From: Candidatus Thorarchaeota archaeon
GTDB taxonomy: Archaea > Asgardarchaeota > Thorarchaeia > Thorarchaeales > Thorarchaeaceae
Assembly: GCA_003345555.1 (NCBI GenBank)
Contig: PRDJ01000031.1
Location: forward strand, 1 to 15,555
Reading direction: 5' to 3'
Length of the DNA stretch: 15,555 nt
Shown here: piece after piece, positions 1-6,580 of the stretch
How the letters are laid out: each line of letters opens with the position of its first letter
How positions within the stretch are numbered: the stretch's first letter is position 1
The notes under the pieces: generated by a model
Told to the model about the DNA's origin: nothing
Seen by the model: only the letters and a program-made list of their open reading frames with translations
Database searches by the model: none
Made by a program: the position numbers and the translations under genes

Positions 1-790
1 ACCCTCCTCTGGCGAGAGCATCTGGAATTGCACCTGCAAGACCGGCGAAGGAGCCCACGGTTTTCGCGTAAGGGTACGAATCGTCAGTGACTCTGCCTGC
101 CAATGTGGTGCCGAAGTCAAGAGCCATGACAGGGTTCCGGAAGTCGATGTCTGAACCTTTGACGGCGCCTTTGATTCCTGCTGTGACAAGCTCTCCTTCC
201 ATCTCGTTCGCAACAACCTCTGCACTAGAGGGAGGAAGTGAGCTAGCGACTGCTCCATCAAAATAGACCTTCTTGAGCCAACTGAAGTCTCTGACATCTT
301 CCGGCAGATTCTCCGGGGAAATTGAAGCCGCCATCTTTCGCGGTGGAACTCCTGCAGCAATGCAACCGTCAGCGAGCGCTTTCACCATCTCGCCGACCTC
401 CACGGGCTTTGAGAAACCAGCCGTCACCCCGGTAGATCTTACCACGAAGTGAAGGTCTCTCTCCATGTCAAGATGAGCATCATGTAGGACAGATAGGAGA
501 ATGTCTGAAACGAGTTCCGAGACTGATTTTCGCGTTAGTTCCACACCTGTAATCGTTCTGCCGAAGATGTCCTCGCCATCCTTGGGGGATCTCACGTCCC
601 TTGTGAAGCGAACCTGTTTCGCTATCTCGAAGATTTCAGCTGTGCGGAGATTGGTGCTTACTAGGATGCACTTTGTCGTTGTGTTGCCGAGTTCCACGGA
701 AGCCACCGTGTAAAAAGGACCCGTCCTCAGAGATCCTACCCCTATTGTTCGGGGTCTTATGACCGTAGCACGGTGTGACGTTCCTAACAC
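1..790 (-). CDS. Methanogenesis marker protein 14 (DUF2114 family; ASKHA/actin-like ATPase fold), 3' end truncated by the window edge
   Basis: Not in the ORF track; translated by hand. Open from GTG at 790 (6 nt after the mtrH stop, preceded by GGGGT) to the edge, 263 codons: VLGTSHRATVIRPRTIGVGSLRTGPFYTVASVELGNTTTKCILVSTNL...LHFVVRSTGVTAGF...ALADGCIAAGVPPRKM...FDGAVA...VVANEMEGELVTAGIKG...DFRNPVMALDFGTTLAGR...GLAGAIPDALARG. These blocks match the marker-14 family as I recall it. ELGNTTTK and LDFGTT resemble ASKHA phosphate-1 and phosphate-2 loops. Confidence 0.85.
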   Translation of the reverse strand, partial: MLGTSHRATVIRPRTIGVGSLRTGPFYTVASVELGNTTTKCILVSTNLRTAEIFEIAKQVRFTRDVRSPKDGEDIFGRTITGVELTRKSVSELVSDILLSVLHDAHLDMERDLHFVVRSTGVTAGFSKPVEVGEMVKALADGCIAAGVPPRKMAASISPENLPEDVRDFSWLKKVYFDGAVASSLPPSSAEVVANEMEGELVTAGIKGAVKGSDIDFRNPVMALDFGTTLAGRVTDDSYPYAKTVGSFAGLAGAIPDALARGG

Positions 791-796
791 ACCCCA

Positions 797-1732
797 TCAT
801 AACAACTTGCGGAATGGATGGTTCTCGGAAGGCTGGACACCAAACTCAACGCTTGATGACTCTGCGGCGAAAATATCGGCCATCGCCACAACGGGAAAGA
901 CTGTTCTTGCATTGCTGATTGGCCCATAGAGAATGAAGTTGGCGCCCATCATCTGCACTATCAGGGCAGAAGCCACATCACATGCACGATACGCATCAGG
1001 ATTGGTCTTCTTGTACTTCCGAAGCCAAGACCATGAACTGGGTGCGTTGTGAACCCCAGACCCAGTGGGTTGGCCGTAGAGAGTCTTGGCCACGAATATG
1101 AAGGATGCCGAGGAGCCAGCACCGGCACCCATGGCAGTCGTTGCCGTATCAATGAGAGGTTTTGTGATTCCCACTTCCTCGCCCATTTTCAGCAAGCCCT
1201 TGTCGAGTCCGGGAACTCCATCTTCAAGCACAGCTCGCCTGCCAGCAATCGAGGAGTCGTGAGGATTGAAAGCCAATATCACTGCACAATCATGATGAAT
1301 ATCCTTCAGAGATGCAAGCTCGTCCTTTGTGATGGAGACACTGATCGAATTGTAGATGGCCCTGTCTAGGAGACCGACCTCCTGAGCATGCCTCAAACCC
1401 GCAATCCGCACCTCAGGGCTGGTCGAATCGATAAGAAATGGCGCGTCTGTGACCTCAGCAACGAAATCAAGGTACTTTGTGACTGCCTTCTCAGATTCGG
1501 AAAACACTTGGACAAGAGCAGGATTGCCTGTGGTGTCTGACATCTCATCTTGAACTCGGATTAGCTCCGTCGCGGCCCTCTTGTCAAAGACGCCTTTCCG
1601 AGCATCTTGGACTACGTCGTGCCCACCGTAGAAAATGGTACCAGCAAGAACGGTTGGCATCTCTCCGGGCACGCCTCCGATTCTAATCCCTCCAATGGTA
1701 TGTACAATCTGCTCCTTCTCAAATGCGAACAT
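797..1732 (-). CDS. mtrH: Tetrahydromethanopterin S-methyltransferase subunit H homolog (paralog 1, canonical-looking)
   Basis: 311 aa. N-terminus MFAFEKEQ..IGG..GE.PTVLAGTIFYGGH; motifs FLIDST, IYNSI, LIDTA, GSGVHNAPSSW, NFILYGPI and a C-terminal HPF, all typical of the MtrH/MtxH/MtgA pterin-binding TIM barrel. Confidence 0.93.
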   Translation of the reverse strand: MFAFEKEQIVHTIGGIRIGGVPGEMPTVLAGTIFYGGHDVVQDARKGVFDKRAATELIRVQDEMSDTTGNPALVQVFSESEKAVTKYLDFVAEVTDAPFLIDSTSPEVRIAGLRHAQEVGLLDRAIYNSISVSITKDELASLKDIHHDCAVILAFNPHDSSIAGRRAVLEDGVPGLDKGLLKMGEEVGITKPLIDTATTAMGAGAGSSASFIFVAKTLYGQPTGSGVHNAPSSWSWLRKYKKTNPDAYRACDVASALIVQMMGANFILYGPISNARTVFPVVAMADIFAAESSSVEFGVQPSENHPFRKLL

Positions 1733-1735
1733 ATC

Positions 1736-2431
1736 TCACAGCTCCTTTCCGACAAGTATTGTCCCTGTCTCTGTCCTCTGAACAACGACCGCTATCGTAG
1801 AGGGGTGAGTGGTTACCACTGCGTAGAGGTCTAGCTTCGAGACCAATGAGGAAAACGGATCTACAGAGAGACCATATTCAGGCAGCAGCGCAATAGCGGA
1901 ACCTAATCCTCTCGGGGCTGCCCTTCCGCGTTTAGCCTTGAACTCGACCCACAATGCTTCGCCTCCAAATGGGCCGGGATTCTTTGAGGTCAGTTCGCGA
2001 GCGACCCGAGCAATATCGTCGGGGTTCGTGACATCTATCATGTCTATGAGTTCTACTTGCATCCTGAATCGCTCAATCGCTTCTGTTGGCAGGTTCTCAA
2101 CATAAGGGATGGCTCCTTCGGCTTCGACTATCTTCCGGGTTTCCTTGTCAACGCCCTTCTGATGAAGACATCGTACCGATGAGCCGGTCTTGTGACCAGG
2201 AACCTCTGGTCCTGCCAAAACGAGGTATCTGATGCAGGGATTGGATACTATGTTAACAATCATTCGTTCTATTCCGATGTTCTCAGTCTTGCAGGTGCCG
2301 ATTATGGCGTAGTCTGAATCAACATCTATCTTCTTTCCAAGGGTGCATATTGCGATGCACGAACCAGGATTCTTAACTTCGAAGTCGCCAGGAATCGGCG
2401 GCCATTCCCGCTTCTCAGCACTCGTAACCAT
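1736..2431 (-). CDS. mtrA: MtrA/MtxA-like cobamide methyl-carrier protein, soluble (no C-terminal membrane anchor), with a ~65 aa C-terminal extension
   Basis: 231 aa. WPPIPGDF, G.CKTENIGIE, NIVSNPCIRYLVLAG.EV.GH.TG (His80 matches the cobamide axial-ligand His of MtrA), GAIPYVENL. RBS GGAGG at 2443-2439 overlaps the upstream stop. No long hydrophobic segment at the C-terminus. Confidence 0.92.
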   Translation of the reverse strand: MVTSAEKREWPPIPGDFEVKNPGSCIAICTLGKKIDVDSDYAIIGTCKTENIGIERMIVNIVSNPCIRYLVLAGPEVPGHKTGSSVRCLHQKGVDKETRKIVEAEGAIPYVENLPTEAIERFRMQVELIDMIDVTNPDDIARVARELTSKNPGPFGGEALWVEFKAKRGRAAPRGLGSAIALLPEYGLSVDPFSSLVSKLDLYAVVTTHPSTIAVVVQRTETGTILVGKEL

Positions 2432-2442
2432 AGCAGAACCTC

Positions 2443-3360
2443 CTACTCGAACGACGGCGGCTCGAAAATGGGATGACTTAGTCCCAATGCCTGCTGCGCT
2501 TCAGCGATAGCTGCAGCCATTGCATTTGCTATCAGCGCTGTCGCGGTGAATACTTGCTTGGTCCTTGCCATCGATCCGTACATTATGCAGTCAGTGGCGA
2601 ACAACTGGGCAGCAACAGTCGAAGCTACAATCGCCGAGGTCTGGGTGATCTCGTCATCAAACCCAGCCTGCTTTATGAATTTCCAAGCAGAGGGGGCATT
2701 GTGAGGTCCCAAGCATGTCGGCAGCCCTAATTCCGACTTGATAGCAAGCACGGTTCTGTATTCCAGTCCGTACCCTGCGCCCACCGGCATTGTGGCGGGG
2801 TCTACAACCATCTTCTCGATGCCGATCGCCTTGGCCTCGTCAATCATTGACCGAATCGTCTCCATCCGGTCAGGCAGACTCATCGCCTTGGGTGACCAAC
2901 CAAGAACCACAGCCATCTTCAGAGAACTGTTTCGAAGCAACTGCTTCTCATCATCCTTCATGGACAGATTGATTGAATTGTATATGGCCCTCTTGCTCAA
3001 GCCGGTCTCGTGGCAGTATTCTATGGCCTTCTTTCGCGCATCACCACTTGTTGATTCGAACATAAACGGACCATCGAAGTTCTCACCGAGCCACGACAAG
3101 TGATTCTCCATTGCCTCAGGCGTCCGACCAAAGGCTTGAATGATAAGCGGGTGGCCTGTCTTCTCAACCATCATCTTGGCTGTATCAATCCACTGCTTGG
3201 TCATTTCCTTGTCAAACGTGCCTTCCTTCGCGCTCTTGACGATAGGCTGCGTAGTAAAGAAGAGCCCTCCAATCAACACGGTGGGGTTCTGTCCGGGTTG
3301 GCCGCCAACCGTCACGCCGCCGAAATCAAAAGCCTGCTGCTCCTTCTTGAAAACGAACAT
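2443..3360 (-). CDS. mtrH: MtrH-family methyl-pterin:corrinoid methyltransferase (paralog 2, divergent)
   Basis: The track ORF starts at 3432 inside metF. The likely start is ATG 3360 (MFVFKKEQQ..., matching paralog 1), preceded by TGAGGT overlapping the metF stop; 305 aa. Motifs GGQPGQNPTVLIG, FEST, IYNSI, VVDPAT, GPHNAPSAW, IMYGS, HPIF. Confidence 0.88.
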   Translation of the reverse strand: MFVFKKEQQAFDFGGVTVGGQPGQNPTVLIGGLFFTTQPIVKSAKEGTFDKEMTKQWIDTAKMMVEKTGHPLIIQAFGRTPEAMENHLSWLGENFDGPFMFESTSGDARKKAIEYCHETGLSKRAIYNSINLSMKDDEKQLLRNSSLKMAVVLGWSPKAMSLPDRMETIRSMIDEAKAIGIEKMVVDPATMPVGAGYGLEYRTVLAIKSELGLPTCLGPHNAPSAWKFIKQAGFDDEITQTSAIVASTVAAQLFATDCIMYGSMARTKQVFTATALIANAMAAAIAEAQQALGLSHPIFEPPSFE

Positions 3361-3371
3361 CGTTCTCAACC

Positions 3372-4385
3372 TCACTTCGGTCTGGGGTATAACCCCGAAG
3401 CCTTCACTAGCTCCGGGATGCTCTCTTCCCATCCGATGGCCATGATATGAATGCCATTGATTCCACGAATCATCTTCACTCGGTTGATTGTCTCCAAAGC
3501 GACTGCAATACCCTCAGCACGGACCGCCTCTTTCTTCTCTTCGCCTTTCATTCCTGCGCCAGCAGACTCCAGACGATTAACTATCTCGTCGGAAATCCTA
3601 ATGCCGGGGATTCTCTCATTCATGAAGCGAGCCATCTTCGGTCCTTTCAAGGGGATTACACCTGCCAGTACCTTGACGCCCAATGGCTCAATCTGCTCCA
3701 TGTACTCTTCGAGTCGGGCAGTATCATAAATCGCCTGAGTCTGAAAGAACTGAGCCCCTGCATCACGTTTCTTTTCTACACGCCAGACTTGGAGCTCAAG
3801 CGGGTCAGCATTTGGATTGAATGTCGCACCGAGATGGAAAAGCGGTATGCCCTCAAGCTTCTCCCCGGCCAAGTCCTTCCCCGACATCAGATGACTGGCG
3901 AGCTGTAGGGCTTGGATGGAGTCCAGATCATACACCATCTTTGCCTGAGGATGCGATCCTAGGAGAGTGTGATCGCCCGTAACGAACAGGATGTTGCGAA
4001 TCCCTAGTGCGTATGCACCATAAAGCTCGCTCTCGAAGAGGATGCGATTCCTGTCTCTGGAAGACATCTGCATGACTGGCTCGGCGCCAGCCTGAATGAC
4101 AAAGTGAGCACATGCCATACTGCTCATAGTGGGAATACCGCGGACGTTGTCAGTGATGTTGATTGCGTCACAGTAATCCTTGACGAGACGTGTTCGTTCT
4201 CTTACTAGGTCATCATCAGCGCCATGCGGAGGTCCGACTTCTCCTGTGACAGTGAACTTGCCACTTCGAAGCATGCGCCTGAGCTTGGTTTCTGGTGATT
4301 GCACGCTGTTCTTCAATCTGGCGTCGAAAGACCCCGTCTGAAGACTGACACATATCTCCTTTGGTTGAGCGATACAGGAGTACAT
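3372..4385 (-). CDS. metF: 5,10-methylenetetrahydrofolate reductase, MetF subunit (MetVF type)
   Basis: Motifs TGEVGPP, AINITDN, SRDRN, TGDH, FFQTQ, LAGVIPL, GIHIM. GGAGG lies 5 nt upstream of ATG 4385, which supports that start. GTG 4304 (VQSPETKLRRML) is an alternative closer to the usual family N-terminus. Confidence 0.92.
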   Translation of the reverse strand: MYSCIAQPKEICVSLQTGSFDARLKNSVQSPETKLRRMLRSGKFTVTGEVGPPHGADDDLVRERTRLVKDYCDAINITDNVRGIPTMSSMACAHFVIQAGAEPVMQMSSRDRNRILFESELYGAYALGIRNILFVTGDHTLLGSHPQAKMVYDLDSIQALQLASHLMSGKDLAGEKLEGIPLFHLGATFNPNADPLELQVWRVEKKRDAGAQFFQTQAIYDTARLEEYMEQIEPLGVKVLAGVIPLKGPKMARFMNERIPGIRISDEIVNRLESAGAGMKGEEKKEAVRAEGIAVALETINRVKMIRGINGIHIMAIGWEESIPELVKASGLYPRPK

Positions 4386-4433
4386 ACAGTCCTCCAGCAG
4401 CCAAGATGCACGAAACCAATGGATTCTCTCTTT

Positions 4434-5090
4434 CTAGGCTTCCTCATGGACTACCGAGTGCGGGCCCTGAGACAAGCTCCAGTCCTTTATCTCCCAGATT
4501 GACTTCAGTTTGTCGAGCTTTCCTAGCTTCTTTAGTCGATCATAAATAAGCTGCCAAGCGCAGTCTGTCTCCGGATCTCTCTCGCATTTGCCATTCATCG
4601 AGCCACCACATGGACCATTTAGGATACCTTTCGCACAGCGGGCGAGCGGACAAATGCCACCGGTCAAGTCCAAAATGCATTCACCACACATGATACAGCG
4701 CTCTTGGTGAACAAACCGTTGTGGCATAGTCCCGAGGAACTTCGAATCAGTGGCTGGAAAGGACTCCTTCTCTGGTATCAGTTCTGTGACGTTTTGAGTC
4801 GCTACACCGCATGCCTGTATCAAAAAAGCTTCGGCCTCATCGAGTATCGCCCTATTGTTCTCCATCTCCTGTTTGACAGCATTGACATCGCATATTCCGC
4901 CTTGAACGAATATCTTGCCCAGGACCTGCTTATTGTGCTGTCGCAGAAAATCCTCCATGTCTTCGAGTTGAAGTATGCCGCCCACATCACACATCTGAGC
5001 ACAACCTGAATCACCAAAGAGGACTATCTTCTCGTATCCCTCCAACATCCGGAGAATCTCATCTGGTGATTTCAATTCCATGGCAATCAT
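4434..5090 (-). CDS. metV: MetV, Cys-rich small subunit of methylene-tetrahydrofolate reductase
   Basis: Cys cluster ERCIMCGEC..TGGICPLARCAKGILNGPCGG..GKCE..DCAWQLIYDRL, directly upstream of metF. Start chosen at ATG 5090 (MIAMELKSPDEI) because it fits the family N-terminus. The track's ATG 5129 abuts a TATA-like box. Confidence 0.88.
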   Translation of the reverse strand: MIAMELKSPDEILRMLEGYEKIVLFGDSGCAQMCDVGGILQLEDMEDFLRQHNKQVLGKIFVQGGICDVNAVKQEMENNRAILDEAEAFLIQACGVATQNVTELIPEKESFPATDSKFLGTMPQRFVHQERCIMCGECILDLTGGICPLARCAKGILNGPCGGSMNGKCERDPETDCAWQLIYDRLKKLGKLDKLKSIWEIKDWSLSQGPHSVVHEEA

Positions 5091-5130
5091 AGAGAGGACG
5101 TCACTCGTACTAAGTCGTCGATACTGCATC

Positions 5131-5136
5131 TAAAAA
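5131..5136 (-). promoter_or_regulatory. Putative TATA box (TTTTTA) for the metV-metF-mtr operon
   Basis: The minus strand reads CTGTTTTTAGATG about 40 nt upstream of ATG 5090, in the hflX-metV gap. It could instead be an oligo-T terminator of hflX. Confidence 0.35.
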
Positions 5137-5169
5137 CAGTTGCCTAAGTGCACAAACGATTCATTCCTG

Positions 5170-6483
5170 TCATGCACCCTGGGCCGGATTATCGGACTTT
5201 GGCTCCAATTTCCGAATCGCATCTTGTGGGAGCATCTTCAGGAGCTTCTGAGCAACGTCAAGACTGAGACTGGCCTCTACCTCGATTCGATCCTCTTTGA
5301 ACTTCTGATTGCGAACACTACCAACCTGATGCAACCACGAGATGAGAGACATAGTCGAGTCACCATATGGCAAATCGATTGAGTAGACGGACAAGATTGG
5401 CAGTAGACTTTCAATTACGCTGACAAGCGTCGGAAGATTGAGCATTTCCTTTGCAGAGACAGGTACCACCTCGGACCCGACGCCGTCAAGTGCGGAAATC
5501 CTCTCTCTGATGCCTGCATCGTCAATGAGATCAACCTTATTCAAGGCAGTGACAATTGGAATCCCGTTAATCCCGATTCGTGTGAATGTGTCTAGGCATA
5601 CATTCGCTTTTCGTCGGACCTCGTCCACAGAATTAGACCCATCGACAACGAGAAGAATGACATCTGCGTCAGCAATCTCCATCAAAGTAGTGTTGAACGC
5701 GCGAAGCAACGACTTTGGAAGATCACTTATGAAACCAACAGAGTCCGTGAGAACTACCTGCCGACCATCCATCGCTAAGTCAGAGGACTTGGTGGAGAGG
5801 GTTGTGAAGAGCCCAGCTGCGACCTCCACTTGTGACCCGGTCAATGCGCGATGAAGGGTGCTCTTGCCTGCATTAGTATAACCTGCAAGGGCCACTTCAA
5901 GAAAGCCCGAATCAACTCTCTTCTTCCGTTTCAACTCTGAAGCTTCAGATATCTTCTGCAGCTTCTCCTCGATGGCTGCAACACGATGCCTAATCTCCAT
6001 GTATCGGAGATTGAGAAGGTCCTCGCCAGGTCCCACTTGTCGTCCTACCGGTCTTGGACCTGCGCGTTCTTTGTCGAGGTGTTCTTTGAGCTGGTGTCGT
6101 ACGAAAGGAAGCTCATAGCTCAGCCTTGCTTGTTCAATTTGCAGTTTAGATTGAGGGGTTCGTGCGTGTCTATCGAATATCTCCAGAATGAGCTGGACTC
6201 TGTCCCTCACATCCGTTTTCCATTCTTCCTTCAGTCTGTACATCTGGCTTGACTTAAGCCCCGGAGAATAGAAGACGACGTCAGGCTTCTGGGCTTCAAT
6301 CCAGATCCTGATTTCCTCAACCTTGCCGCCCTTGATTCCAAATCGTGCTGACGACGGCCCCACAACATCGAAGGTTCCAACTACGTTGTACTCGGCTGTC
6401 TTAGCTAGGGCCTCGAATTCCTCAAGCAAGTCCGGATCGCGTGCGAACCTATGCTGGACGAGGAGCGCAGTTGTTGAAACCAT
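5170..6483 (-). CDS. hflX: Ribosome-associated GTPase HflX
   Basis: 437 aa. HflX N-domain (ILEIFDRHART..SKLQIEQARLSYELP), GPGE motif, G1 GYTNAGKS, G2 LFTTL, G3 DSVGF, G4 NKVD, G5 SAK. Confidence 0.96.
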   Translation of the reverse strand: MVSTTALLVQHRFARDPDLLEEFEALAKTAEYNVVGTFDVVGPSSARFGIKGGKVEEIRIWIEAQKPDVVFYSPGLKSSQMYRLKEEWKTDVRDRVQLILEIFDRHARTPQSKLQIEQARLSYELPFVRHQLKEHLDKERAGPRPVGRQVGPGEDLLNLRYMEIRHRVAAIEEKLQKISEASELKRKKRVDSGFLEVALAGYTNAGKSTLHRALTGSQVEVAAGLFTTLSTKSSDLAMDGRQVVLTDSVGFISDLPKSLLRAFNTTLMEIADADVILLVVDGSNSVDEVRRKANVCLDTFTRIGINGIPIVTALNKVDLIDDAGIRERISALDGVGSEVVPVSAKEMLNLPTLVSVIESLLPILSVYSIDLPYGDSTMSLISWLHQVGSVRNQKFKEDRIEVEASLSLDVAQKLLKMLPQDAIRKLEPKSDNPAQGA

Positions 6484-6507
6484 CGATGTTGGCTTGAGGC
6501 ATATGGT

Positions 6508-6513
6508 CTTAAA
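6508..6513 (-). promoter_or_regulatory. Putative TATA box (TTTAAG) for hflX, implying a leaderless or near-leaderless transcript
   Basis: Lies about 25 nt upstream of the hflX ATG in the 97 bp divergent hflX/tgtA gap. No SD-like motif precedes hflX. Confidence 0.4.
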
Positions 6514-6580
6514 CCGATTGATTGTTGCTTGCAGCGATTTGACGCGCGTAAGTCAATAGCCACTACATGAGGAACTCGGA

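Noticed and set aside
501-713. 70 aa plus-strand ORF in the track
   Set aside because: Antisense shadow of the marker-14 gene, which has clear family motifs on the minus strand.
1-2431. Reading mtrA, mtrH and marker 14 as proof of methanogenesis
   Set aside because: No mcr or membrane mtrCDE genes in the window, MtrA lacks an anchor, and the cluster is tied to metVF. Methanogenesis cannot be inferred, though it cannot be excluded without the whole genome.
3361-3432. 24 aa N-terminal extension of mtrH paralog 2 in the track
   Set aside because: Overlaps the metF 3' end. ATG 3360 has an RBS and matches the paralog 1 N-terminus.
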